The translations under genes were made by a program, and so were the position numbers. The notes under the pieces are model-generated. The model saw only the letters and a program-made list of their open reading frames with translations, had not been told where the DNA came from and did not search any database. A DNA stretch of 32,000 nt from Hyperthermus butylicus DSM 5456 (lineage in GTDB: Archaea; Thermoproteota; Thermoprotei_A; Sulfolobales; Pyrodictiaceae): positions 270,001 to 302,000 of the forward strand of contig NC_008818.1 in the NCBI RefSeq assembly GCF_000015145.1, written 5' to 3'. Every line of letters begins with the position of its first letter. Within the stretch, counting starts at the first letter, position 1. This document shows, piece after piece, positions 1 through 8,731 of the stretch.

Positions 1-556
1 CTGCCACTTGTAGCGCCTCTGCCAAGGCTGCTATGAGTTCTAGGTCTAGGGCCGTGCTTAGGTATTCAGGGTTCTTCTCGACGATTGCCGCTGCTTTTTC
101 GAGACCTACTGCCCTTAGCGCCTGGCTTGGCTTTGCCTCCTCCTCGGCCAGCCTCCTGAGGAGCCCCACCTGGGGGGATGCCGGCTGTACTAGCTCCTCG
201 TCTCGTGGGGGTGTTTTGCCCCGTAGCATTCTCCCTATTATAATCTCGGCATCGTGGACTAGGAGTACTAGCTTGTAGGCCCTGTGTATCGCCTCAGCCT
301 TCCCCGAGGCTATGGCTTCGAACCTGCCGAGCAGCTCGGCCATGTACCTATAGGCTGCCACCTCAACTGGGCGAGGATTGGCAGGCTTCTCAGGGAGGTA
401 CTTGGAGAGCTTTGTTGCCTGGAAGAGTTCTAACACTGCCTCATCGCCAGTATATTGCGCCATAAGTGCCTTGAGGTCGTCTTCAAGGCTTAGTAGCCTG
501 GCCGTGAAGGCTTTGACATTGAGGTAGTCGACACCTACGTCGGGGATCCGGTTCAA
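1..556 (-). CDS. A/V-type ATP synthase subunit C (V0-d-like), N-terminal ~185 codons; 3' end lies beyond the window edge
   Basis: My own minus-strand translation is open from TTG (556..554) to position 1: NRIPDVGVDYLNVKAFTARLLSLEDDLKAL...LVLLVHDAEIIIGRMLRGKTPPRDEELVQPAS... The YLN...(about 95 aa)...H(D/N)x7LRxK...EE.V..P spacing matches what I remember of Thermus/archaeal subunit C. It is absent from the ORF track because it runs off the edge. The TTG overlaps the upstream stop (TTGA). Confidence 0.5.
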   Translation of the reverse strand, partial: MNRIPDVGVDYLNVKAFTARLLSLEDDLKALMAQYTGDEAVLELFQATKLSKYLPEKPANPRPVEVAAYRYMAELLGRFEAIASGKAEAIHRAYKLVLLVHDAEIIIGRMLRGKTPPRDEELVQPASPQVGLLRRLAEEEAKPSQALRAVGLEKAAAIVEKNPEYLSTALDLELIAALAEALQVA

Positions 557-891
557 CCCTTAACCACCCTCGCAAGCATGTCAAGGGCTGTTCTCAGTGC
601 CTCCTCACGCCTAGCCTCTATCCGCTCTTGGAGCCTTGCAGCCTCCTCCCGCTCCCTCCGGGTGAACTCCTCCTCCAGCCTTGCCAGCTCCCTCTTCACG
701 GCCTCCTCTATCCTCTGCTTTGCCTGCTCTAGCAACTGCTCGGCTACTGCACGGAGCTGGGCTGCAAGCCGGTCAGCCTGCTCTACGAGCCTTGCAGCCT
801 CCTCCTCTGCCTGCTTCTCTAGGGCCTCAAGCTTGGACTCCATCTCCTCTACAGCGTGTAGTATCTTGCTTAGCTCCCTAGCCTCGCTCAA
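553..891 (-). CDS. Small coiled-coil protein, possibly the A-ATP synthase peripheral-stalk subunit H
   Basis: 112-aa ORF made almost entirely of E/A/R/L/K helix-forming sequence (MSEARELSKILHAVEEMESKLEALEKQAEEEAARLVEQ...ALDMLARVVKG). It lies directly upstream of, and 4 nt overlapped with, the subunit-C-like ORF. The functional assignment is tentative. Confidence 0.6.
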   Translation of the reverse strand: MSEARELSKILHAVEEMESKLEALEKQAEEEAARLVEQADRLAAQLRAVAEQLLEQAKQRIEEAVKRELARLEEEFTRREREEAARLQERIEARREEALRTALDMLARVVKG

Positions 892-1348
892 GACGCGGGC
901 TCCCCCGCACCAGCCGGTCTAGGGTCTTAGGGGTATTTAAGGGGGTGTTCTAGCTGCAGCCCCTGCCCCATGACATGTCCTCGGCCGTCACGCTGTAGGC
1001 GTCCGGCACCTTGGGGGTCTCCGCTGGCCCCCGCGCATGCTGCTACGATTACCCGGTGGTTGCGGTAACGGCTCGGCATTGTATGGTAGAGCTTTGTCCC
1101 ACCTTCCCCAAAGCCTCGACGACCTCCTGGCTGCCAGCCTCGACCATTTCGTCTCCACAGCGAGCATGGTCCCAGCCTCCTCGTCTACTATGACATGATC
1201 GCTTCTACCTGCAGTGGTAAGCTGCCAACGGTGTCAAGAACAGTACTGCGCCTAGAGGTGGCGAGCTTAAGGGTCAACATGCGGCATCACAGTTATGCTG
1301 CAAACTCAAACCTATAATTGCCCCTTGCCCGAGAAGCGGTTATGGCTG

Positions 1349-2200
1349 ATGACGGGAGGAGGGTTGACGAGGACTCGGGGTCTAGCCTATGCTGTTACGG
1401 CTGCTATACTTTGGGGGAGTATTGGCGTAGCCTACCGGCTAGCCTTGAGCCATGGTGCTAGCCGTGAATGGCTTATTCTCGGTCGCCCCCTCATCGGCGG
1501 CCTAGGCTCTCTCGCTGCCACAGTGCTCGGCTATGGCAGGCCTGGCAGGTGGAGCCTCCTTGTGGGTGCTGGTACGCTAGCACCGCTGGTGGTTGTCTAT
1601 CTCTTCGCCGTCGAGCTTCTCGGCGCTGCACTTGCCAGCATACTGCTCTACACGGCGCCGATATGGGTGGCCCTCCTCGGCCTGCTCCTCCTCGGTGAAA
1701 AGCCGGGGACCCGTGGTGCTCTAGCTGTAGCCCTAGGCTTCACTGGCTCCTTCCTCATAGCGTTTGAGGGCTGGGCCCGTGCAAGCCTCGTAGCCGTACT
1801 TGTTGGGCTTGCAGCTGGCCTACTCTACGCAGCCTACATGCTCGCCGCCCGCTATGCGTTACGCCACGGTGCTGGGGAGCTAGAGGTTGGACTCCACAGC
1901 CAGCCCTTCACAGCCATGGCAGTAGCAGCTGTAACAAAGCCAGGGGAGCTGCCTGCGACTGTGGACTTGCCATGGATGCTCTATCTCGGAGTCGCCACGA
2001 TGCTTGTACCCTACGTGCTCCACGCCCGCGCGCTGAGACTTCTGGAGGCTTATCGGGTCTCGGTTGTGTCGCTCATAGAGCCCCTAGCAGCGACGGTGCT
2101 GGCTGCGCTGCTGCTCGGCGAGAAGCTCACAGCGCTACAGCTCGTGGGAGCAACACTAATTCTTGCGGCTTCCCTGTTGGCACTAGAGAAGGGACGCTAG
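1349..2200 (+). CDS. EamA/DMT-family transporter
   Basis: ORF track gives 1295..2200. I prefer the ATG at 1349 (MTGGGLTRTRGLAYAVTAAILWGS). About 10 hydrophobic segments form two half-repeats that end in EamA-type motifs LLLGEKPG and LLLGEKLT. Confidence 0.8.
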   Translation: MTGGGLTRTRGLAYAVTAAILWGSIGVAYRLALSHGASREWLILGRPLIGGLGSLAATVLGYGRPGRWSLLVGAGTLAPLVVVYLFAVELLGAALASILLYTAPIWVALLGLLLLGEKPGTRGALAVALGFTGSFLIAFEGWARASLVAVLVGLAAGLLYAAYMLAARYALRHGAGELEVGLHSQPFTAMAVAAVTKPGELPATVDLPWMLYLGVATMLVPYVLHARALRLLEAYRVSVVSLIEPLAATVLAALLLGEKLTALQLVGATLILAASLLALEKGR

Positions 2201-2204
2201 CGCC

Positions 2205-3464
2205 GTGACAGGCTGTAGCAGCGAGGAGCTAGAGAGACTAGCGAGACAACTCGCCGAGGCTGCTGGCGGAGAGGCTATACCCAGAATAACCCCAGCTGTT
2301 GAGAAGTTGCTGGATCACGTTAAGGACTGTATCGTGACCAGGTTCTCTGGGGAGCTGGTGGAAGCGGAGGAGTGGCTCAGCCATGTGAGAGCCGCTGTTT
2401 CAAGGTTGGCTAGGCTCTTAGGCCTCGCTGGCTTCACCTACCCCCGGGAGTTCGGTAGCTTCGTCCAGGACCCCGAAGCGCATCTCCGCAAGAAGCTATT
2501 CAACTACGTCTATGACCTTGCTAGGGGGAGAGTTGACCTTCGGGAGTTTGAGAGGAAGGCCACGGCTGCGGTGAGGACTTCACTACGCACCAATATGAGG
2601 ACAGCATACCAGTTATGGGGTCTGGCTACAGTGATGGCTTTGCTCGCGGAGAGGGGCTACGAGCTAGTGTACCCGGAGCACCGGTTCCTAAGCTTCGACA
2701 GGAGCGGCAAGCAGAGACTCGGCATCATACCCCCCAACGCTGTCCTAGCAAGGCTTAGCAAGGGCTTCATCAGCATATTCCACGAGGCTCCCCGGCCGCT
2801 AGGCTGGGAGGACACAAGCGACCTGCAGAGGATATGGAGTCTCTACACCGCGCTACGCCCTGATGCAATGGCCTACAGCGGCATGGTCATGAACATGGTT
2901 GACCTCTCCACCAGCCCGCCAATAAAGAGGCCAGACGTGATCATTGAGTTTAAGGAGCTAAGCGACTGGTACGTGAGGATAAGGGATCTCAAGGGTTACT
3001 TCCGCAAGCCCCTGACAGCGGAGGAGTGGAGGAACAAGTGGCTAGCAGGCCTCTTCGAAGGCCTAGCAGACATTATGGGCGTACAGCGTAGTGTAGTCGA
3101 GCAGCGCGTAGAGGAGGGGGCCTCCCTGAGGCTCCGCGAGTATCAGCTCGTAAAGCTCTACGCCAAAACATACAACCCCCGCTACATGATTCTCATCAGT
3201 AGGGCTGCAGTACCAGGTGATGTCCGGGAGAGCCTAGAGGAGGACGGCATAACAGTACTCGATGCTGTAGGCTTCCACCCGGAGAAGCTGGAGCCCCTGG
3301 CAGACCTCCTAGACAAGATCTCCGGGTACCGTGGCGGCGAGAAAATAGTAATCACGCTGCCTCCCGAAGCCGCAAAGCTTCTCGAAGAAGCCAAGGCGAA
3401 GTTAGGTGTAGAGGACACGGTAGAAGCCATAGTGGCTGCGCTCCGGAGGCTCCTCGAGGACTAG
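2205..3464 (+). CDS. Hypothetical protein with a PD-(D/E)xK nuclease-like core and a C-terminal ribbon-helix-helix-like tail
   Basis: 419-aa ORF with a GTG start 4 nt after the EamA stop. Motifs read by eye: LRPDAMAYSG...(27 aa)...EFK; YMILISRAAVPGDVRESLEEDGITVLD (Mrr-like tail); terminal KIVITLPPEAAKLLEEAKAKLGVEDTVEAIVAALRRLLED (strand-helix-helix). Confidence 0.75.
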   Translation: MTGCSSEELERLARQLAEAAGGEAIPRITPAVEKLLDHVKDCIVTRFSGELVEAEEWLSHVRAAVSRLARLLGLAGFTYPREFGSFVQDPEAHLRKKLFNYVYDLARGRVDLREFERKATAAVRTSLRTNMRTAYQLWGLATVMALLAERGYELVYPEHRFLSFDRSGKQRLGIIPPNAVLARLSKGFISIFHEAPRPLGWEDTSDLQRIWSLYTALRPDAMAYSGMVMNMVDLSTSPPIKRPDVIIEFKELSDWYVRIRDLKGYFRKPLTAEEWRNKWLAGLFEGLADIMGVQRSVVEQRVEEGASLRLREYQLVKLYAKTYNPRYMILISRAAVPGDVRESLEEDGITVLDAVGFHPEKLEPLADLLDKISGYRGGEKIVITLPPEAAKLLEEAKAKLGVEDTVEAIVAALRRLLED

Positions 3465-4084
3465 CCGCAGAGTAGCCCCCAAGCAAACTCGTACACAGCC
3501 ATTGTCACGTAGACCTCAACAAGCGCAGCTAGTAGCAGGAGCACAGCACCAGCAACAGCCATTAACACGGCCCACCGTGTTCCATTCCTTGCAAACTCCG
3601 CGGCCAGCGGAGCAGCAGCAAGCGCGACCATAGCCGGTATTTCCAGGACACCATGGGGAAGAATAAGCGAAGCCGTTACAAGGACTGCCGAGACACTGCC
3701 TGGCCTACAGCCAGGGGCAACAGCAGCTTGAATTAACGGGCAGGCAAGCGTGCCGCCAAGCACAAACCCGTTAACAGCAGGCACAAGCAGCGGCACCAAG
3801 GCGAGCACAACGAGCAGCGGCCGAGCACGCCGCCTAAGGATAAGCTTTGCAACAGCATATGGTGCAACAAGCTTCAGCGAGAGCATAAGGTTATGGAGGT
3901 ATATCACCGACACACTCTCGGCTTTCGGCAGCTCCTTAGCAACCTCCATAAAGTAGTCGAAGAAGTCAGAGGGCCGGACAGAAGCATAGTAGCTGCCAGC
4001 AGCAGCGGCGGCTAGAAACACTAGGAGAGCGGCAAGATAGACTAGGGCCGGGCTATACCTGCCGCTGGAACCCCGGCTAGTCAT
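3461..4084 (-). CDS. SpoIIM/DUF95-family integral membrane protein
   Basis: ORF track gives 3461..4123. I prefer the ATG at 4084 (MTSRGSSGRYSPALVYLAALLVFLAA). It is multi-TM and carries the family-typical LILPHGVLEIPAMV motif near the C-terminal third. Its 3' end overlaps the convergent 2205..3464 ORF by 4 nt. Confidence 0.65.
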   Translation of the reverse strand: MTSRGSSGRYSPALVYLAALLVFLAAAAAGSYYASVRPSDFFDYFMEVAKELPKAESVSVIYLHNLMLSLKLVAPYAVAKLILRRRARPLLVVLALVPLLVPAVNGFVLGGTLACPLIQAAVAPGCRPGSVSAVLVTASLILPHGVLEIPAMVALAAAPLAAEFARNGTRWAVLMAVAGAVLLLLAALVEVYVTMAVYEFAWGLLCG

Positions 4085-4344
4085 GAAACCCCCACAGCAG
4101 GGGCCTATGGCCAACCTACACATAAGGCTTCCCGGAATAGTTGGTGGGCATACCCTGAGCTGTACGGAGCAAGCTAGCTACATACCCTCATAGGACACCG
4201 ATCTTCAGCCGCTCAATAGTCTGTGAACCCTAGTTTACGACAAGCTGCTAGCCAATGCAGCGCTGGGGACGGCTTCCCCAGCCGTGTCTGTTCCGGACTC
4301 AAGCTTCAGCCTGCTCCAGGCAATTATTACAGTGTTATGTATTG

Positions 4345-4354
4345 CTCTATAAAC
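4345..4354 (+). promoter_or_regulatory. Candidate TATA box for thiC
   Basis: The sequence ctctataaac lies about 55-60 nt upstream of the thiC ATG at 4408, in an otherwise G+C-rich spacer. This is consistent with an archaeal TATA box plus a short leader. It is predicted from position alone. Confidence 0.35.
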
Positions 4355-4407
4355 CCGTTCTAGATGCAGGGTTCCTCACGGTGTGGTGCTTCTTGGCGAA
4401 GACGGTT

Positions 4408-5688
4408 ATGCTTGAGGCTCGTAGTGGGTCGGTGCCGGAGGAAGTTCTGGAGGTTGCTAGGACTGAGGGTGTGGATCCGAACAAGCTCCGGGTTAGGCTT
4501 GCTGAAGGCAGGGTGATTATTGCGAGGAATATCAAGCGGCAGGGCAGGATTAGGCTTGTTGGTGTTGGTGAGGGGCTTACAACGAAGGTTAACGTTAACA
4601 TTGGTGTTAGCACCCATGTGAACGATATTGAAATGGAGAAGGAGAAGGCTAGGATAGCGGTTCAATATGGTGCCGACACGATTATGGATTTGAGTGTTGG
4701 TGAGAACCTCGACGAGGTTAGAAGAATCCTTATGGAGGCTTCGGAGCCTCTACCATTTGGCACTGTGCCAACGTACCAGGCTTATATTGAGGGCGTGAGA
4801 AAGCATGGGGGGATGCCCGACGAGGACTTCTTCCTCCAGGTTCTCGAGCGCCATCTACGGGACGGCGTGGACTTTATGACAATCCATGCCGGCATTACTA
4901 GGGAGCTGGCGGAGAGGGCGCTTAAGAGTAACCGTATACAGCCCATAGTTAGCCGTGGCGGTGCCCTGCTGGCGGCATGGATGATGGAAACCGGCAGCGA
5001 GAACCCCTACTACCGGAACTGGGACTACATACTAGAGCTGTTTGCAGAGTACGATGCCGTGATAAGTCTTGGTGATGCGCTGCGCCCTGGCGCTATAGCT
5101 GATGCGCTAGACGAGCTTCAGATCCTGGAGCTGATCAATAATGCACGGCTCGTGGAGAGGGCTCGGGAAAAGGGTGTACAGGTTATGGTTGAGGGACCTG
5201 GCCACGTGCCGATAAACAAAATCGTCGCTGATATAAGGCTTATGAAGAGCCTCACCAGGGGTGCCCCCTACTACGTGCTTGGCCCGCTTGTGACCGATAT
5301 AGGGCTCGGCTACGACCACATAGCGGCAGCTATAGGCGCTGCAATAGCTGCTGCCGAGGGTGCCGACCTCATCTGCTACCTGACACCCGCCGAGCACCTA
5401 AGCCTCCCAAACCCGGAGCAGGTTAAGGAGGGCCTCATAGCAGCGAGAATAGCTGCGCACGCTGGTGACATAGTCAAGCTTGGCAGGAGGGTTATGGAGC
5501 CCGACATTAAGATGAGCATTCACCGTGCAAGGCTCGAGTGGAATAAGATGTTCAAGCTCTCGCTGGACCCGGAGAGGGCTAGGAGGATCTATAGCCAGTA
5601 CGGCGTGCAGCTCCCATCGTGCACTATGTGTGGCAGCTACTGTGCTTTTCTCATCCTCAACAAGTACATGGAGAAGACCCGGAGGTGA
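4408..5688 (+). CDS. thiC: Phosphomethylpyrimidine synthase ThiC
   Basis: ThiC-like sequence is clear from [27 protein letters not shown] onward (NIGVSTHV..., [29 protein letters not shown], and the C-terminal cysteine cluster CTMCGSYC). The 51 codons upstream in the track ORF (4255..4407) look non-coding. Confidence 0.9.
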   Translation: MLEARSGSVPEEVLEVARTEGVDPNKLRVRLAEGRVIIARNIKRQGRIRLVGVGEGLTTKVNVNIGVSTHVNDIEMEKEKARIAVQYGADTIMDLSVGENLDEVRRILMEASEPLPFGTVPTYQAYIEGVRKHGGMPDEDFFLQVLERHLRDGVDFMTIHAGITRELAERALKSNRIQPIVSRGGALLAAWMMETGSENPYYRNWDYILELFAEYDAVISLGDALRPGAIADALDELQILELINNARLVERAREKGVQVMVEGPGHVPINKIVADIRLMKSLTRGAPYYVLGPLVTDIGLGYDHIAAAIGAAIAAAEGADLICYLTPAEHLSLPNPEQVKEGLIAARIAAHAGDIVKLGRRVMEPDIKMSIHRARLEWNKMFKLSLDPERARRIYSQYGVQLPSCTMCGSYCAFLILNKYMEKTRR

Positions 5689-5694
5689 TGCTGG

Positions 5695-6240
5695 ATGACT
5701 GGAGAGCATGAGGAGAGGGCGGGTTATCCCTGGGTTTGGAGCACCTGGGTTAAGGCACCGATACTGAGGAATAGGGATCTCCTCATAGCCTCGGCTTGCC
5801 TGCCATTCGTGAACCCAGAGCTGTTCCGAAAGCTGGCGGAGGGCAAGACAGCGCTCCTAGCGTGCCCGGAGAGGGAGTCACCGGCACACTATGGGAAGAT
5901 TGCGAGCATTATAAGGAGCAGCAAGCCCAGATCCATAACCATAGTGACGATTGATGGTAGTCCACACTGCTTCGCGCTACACGCAAGCGCTAACGAGGCA
6001 GAATACATTCTCGGCGAGAGGGTGGAGAAGAAACACTACGTGGTCGTCAACGGGGAAGAGCTTGTCGAGATAAGCCCCAACGCTGTGAGGGTGGCTAGGT
6101 ACCTGCATATCGTTGATAAGATTATCCGAGAGCACCCAGAGATCATGAAGGAGCTGGATAGGGTTAGCCTTGAGTATAGACAGGCTAAGAAGCTAATCGG
6201 GAAGGATGAGGAGTTAGAGGAGGCCGCCGCTAATGGTTAG
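5695..6240 (+). CDS. Hypothetical Cys/His-containing protein, apparently co-transcribed with thiC
   Basis: 181-aa ORF whose ATG lies 6 nt after the thiC stop. Cysteines sit in the contexts SAC35LP, LLAC57PE and GSPHC92FALH. The tail is acidic. I recognise no family. Confidence 0.7.
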   Translation: MTGEHEERAGYPWVWSTWVKAPILRNRDLLIASACLPFVNPELFRKLAEGKTALLACPERESPAHYGKIASIIRSSKPRSITIVTIDGSPHCFALHASANEAEYILGERVEKKHYVVVNGEELVEISPNAVRVARYLHIVDKIIREHPEIMKELDRVSLEYRQAKKLIGKDEELEEAAANG

Positions 6241-6945
6241 CACGTCCCCGGACACGTAGGGGTTCTCCACTGCGTCGAGAACTATTTTCGCCACCTCCTC
6301 GGGCTTTGCCAGTCTCCGCAGAGGGATTTGCTCCTCAACCCAGTCCATGTCGCCCCAGGCCCGCGTCATGTCTGTATCCACGCCGCCCGGCGCTACCGCG
6401 AAAACTCTTATGTTGTAGTCTGCAAGCTCCTTGGCGACAGCGATAGTCCACGCGATTAACGCTGCTTTTGCCGCCGAGTAGTGGGATGCCTCGGGCTCCG
6501 GCCGGAGCCCCAGCACCGATGCAATATTGACTATTACTCCACCGCCATTCCTCTTCATGTAGGGTATTGCTGCGTGGGCAACATTAAGCGCTCCATAGAA
6601 GTGTACCTCTATCATGCGCTGCCAGTCCCTAGGCTTCATGTCCTCAAACAGCTTCGGCTCAAGGATACCGGCATTATTCACCACTACGTCTAGGCGGCCC
6701 CACTTCTCGATAGCTGCTTCTACAAGCTTCCGAGCCTCCTCGTACACTGATACGTCAGCTCTCACCACGAGGGGCACCGCGCCAGCCTCCTTCACGAGCC
6801 TAGCAGTCTCCTCGGCTGCATCCCTGCGCGAAACATAGTTGACAACTACGCCCTTAGCACCACGGCGGGCAGCCTCGACAGCTACAGCTCTGCCTATGCC
6901 ACGGCTCGAACCGGTAACCAGGACAACCGAGCCCTGAACCCTCAA
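6214..6945 (-). CDS. Short-chain dehydrogenase/reductase (FabG-like 3-oxoacyl reductase family)
   Basis: Classical SDR motifs are present: VLVTGSSRGIGRA (TGxxxGIG), NNAG, and S...YSAAKAA (YxxxK). The start is TTG. It overlaps the preceding ORF convergently by 27 nt. Confidence 0.9.
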   Translation of the reverse strand: MRVQGSVVLVTGSSRGIGRAVAVEAARRGAKGVVVNYVSRRDAAEETARLVKEAGAVPLVVRADVSVYEEARKLVEAAIEKWGRLDVVVNNAGILEPKLFEDMKPRDWQRMIEVHFYGALNVAHAAIPYMKRNGGGVIVNIASVLGLRPEPEASHYSAAKAALIAWTIAVAKELADYNIRVFAVAPGGVDTDMTRAWGDMDWVEEQIPLRRLAKPEEVAKIVLDAVENPYVSGDVLTISGGLL

Positions 6946-7314
6946 ACCACACCCAACCCCCGATACATGCCTGGCGAGAGAATGACACCCAGGGACCCCT
7001 ACCAGCGTAAACCCTAAGCTAGGACTTATATCTCGAGCCGCTAGGCAAGAATAGGCCTACGGCTTTAAGCCTTCACACAACCCCTCCAGGCCCTCCCAGG
7101 CACACGAATTTCCCTGGCCACAACCTTGCCAGACTCTCTTGAGTATTCAATCTGGGAGAATCCCATGCTCACTCATCTTCATAGCTTTCAGCAATACTGC
7201 AATAAACCATAGCAGCCACTAAGAGGACCATGACTTCCGCCCTCGTAGAGAAGGACCAGGCAGCGCCCACCGGTATACGCGTAGGCTCCGCGGAGGTTAA
7301 CTATGCCATGTTCG

Positions 7315-7497
7315 CTAAAGTGCAAACAACCCTAGAGCCGAAACTCCATTGACACCGTGCTGACTACCCATACCGTTGTGTGTAGTAAAGGTAGCAAGTA
7401 GAACTGCTAAGACGAAGGTAATGCCAGCTACGAGAACTATAACGCCTAGCCCAGACATGTTCAACATACTCCCAACCACATTAAGTCCCCAGAGCAT
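7315..7497 (-). CDS. Possible small membrane protein (60 aa)
   Basis: ATG-initiated ORF with one strong hydrophobic segment (GLGVIVLVAGITFVLAVLLATF). It is divergent from the 7609 operon. It is short and I recognise no homology. Confidence 0.35.
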   Translation of the reverse strand: MLWGLNVVGSMLNMSGLGVIVLVAGITFVLAVLLATFTTHNGMGSQHGVNGVSALGLFAL

Positions 7498-7608
7498 GTA
7501 AGTGAGGGTACAAAGCCCGCATAACCTAGGCTATTAGGAGGGCACAGAGGGCTCCACAGCTACACATATACCAGCACTAGCCTCACCAAAAGTCCCGGGT
7601 TTGCAGCT

Positions 7609-7902
7609 TTGCTCGGTCTTGCAAGGGTGAGGCTAGAGCTTCTGATGGCCACGATACTTATTGTGATAGGTGTAGTGGTTGTTGTTGCTGGGGCACTAGC
7701 TGCCTACCATGCTTATGCCATGTATAATCCTGTGCTGCCGCCAGCTGAGAGACTTGATCAGGCTATAGCCTACACCAGTTATGAGCTGGTGAATCTGGCC
7801 GCTAGGCTAGGCTTCTTAGGGCTAATGATATGGGCTGGATCTGTCCTCCTGCTCCGCGGCATAGAACTCCTTCAGACATTGAGAAGGGAGGGGAAGGGCT
7901 GA
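7609..7902 (+). CDS. Small membrane protein (2 TM)
   Basis: 97-aa ORF from TTG. An ATG at 7645, preceded by gggtgagg, is an alternative start. It has two hydrophobic helices (ILIVIGVVVVVAGALAAY; GFLGLMIWAGSVLLL). It is the first of three tightly packed ORFs. Confidence 0.6.
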   Translation: MLGLARVRLELLMATILIVIGVVVVVAGALAAYHAYAMYNPVLPPAERLDQAIAYTSYELVNLAARLGFLGLMIWAGSVLLLRGIELLQTLRREGKG

Positions 7903-7908
7903 CAAGGT

Positions 7909-8298
7909 ATGCTAGTTGCTGCCCGTTACAGCTTCGCGATAGTTAGCGCCATCCTCATGGCTGGGCTTGTGGCACCCCTACTTGTGTTTGGCATCGAGGT
8001 CTACATGGACAAATCACTGTTCGAGATTTACGTAGTGTCAGCAAAGCCCTACAATGCGACGCACCTTGACGTCACGGTAAAGGTAGTCTATAGGGGTTCA
8101 GTGCCGCTGACGGACGCCTACATCTACAGCTCTGGCAGCTCAGCGAAGCTCGGCACCCTAGGACCGGGCTACTCTCAGAAACTAGTCCACCTCTACATTC
8201 CCGTTGACGGAGCGGAGGACATGGTGAGGCTCGGCTTCAAGATAGCAGGCATATACCAGGTAATGGTGGAGGTGAAGCTACACCTTGCAAAGACTTGA
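7909..8298 (+). CDS. Membrane-anchored protein with a beta-rich extracytoplasmic domain
   Basis: 129-aa ORF whose ATG follows gggaaggg, 6 nt after the previous stop. It has an N-terminal TM (FAIVSAILMAGLVAPLLVFGI) followed by alternating beta-like sequence that includes an NAT sequon. Confidence 0.6.
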   Translation: MLVAARYSFAIVSAILMAGLVAPLLVFGIEVYMDKSLFEIYVVSAKPYNATHLDVTVKVVYRGSVPLTDAYIYSSGSSAKLGTLGPGYSQKLVHLYIPVDGAEDMVRLGFKIAGIYQVMVEVKLHLAKT

Positions 8299-8731
8299 AA
8301 GGGCTATAGCAGCAATAGGTCGCGGCATTGTAACCGGCGTCGCATACTATACCGTATTCGTGCTCGTGCTACACCGCATCTTAGCAACCATGGCACCCAG
8401 CATAGAGCCTATTACGGAGAACATACACACCTACCTGGCGGCAGTGATACTACTAGCTGTGCTGAGCACAGCTGAAACAGCCCTGCAAGACGTCTACATT
8501 GTTGCACCGCTAAAGATACTATCAAAGCTTCTTGCAGCCCTGATCTTCGCAGACATAGTAAACTATGGAAACGTTGAAGCTGTAATCCAGGGCGTGCGCG
8601 TCTACATCAACATATCCCCAATCGTCTATACCATGATACTGTTAAGCCTAGCATACGGGGCCCTAGACGCCGCCTCATACACTAAAGCCAGGGCTGAAGA
8701 GAGGCTAAAGAAGCCCCAAACCCAGACATAA
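8285..8731 (+). CDS. Polytopic small membrane protein
   Basis: 148-aa ORF with a TTG start that overlaps the previous ORF by 14 nt. It has 3-4 hydrophobic segments and a basic C-terminal tail. Confidence 0.55.
   Translation: MQRLERAIAAIGRGIVTGVAYYTVFVLVLHRILATMAPSIEPITENIHTYLAAVILLAVLSTAETALQDVYIVAPLKILSKLLAALIFADIVNYGNVEAVIQGVRVYINISPIVYTMILLSLAYGALDAASYTKARAEERLKKPQTQT

Noticed and set aside
4255-4407. A 51-codon N-terminal extension of the thiC ORF in the track. I also considered whether the thiC leader (for example accctgagc... around 4148-4200) is a TPP riboswitch.
   Set aside because: The extension ([23 protein letters not shown]...) is not ThiC-like, and a TATA-like box lies inside it. 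The leader lacks the conserved TPP-riboswitch core as I remember it (a CUGAGA plus ACCUGAUCUGGAUAAUGCCAGCG-type arrangement).
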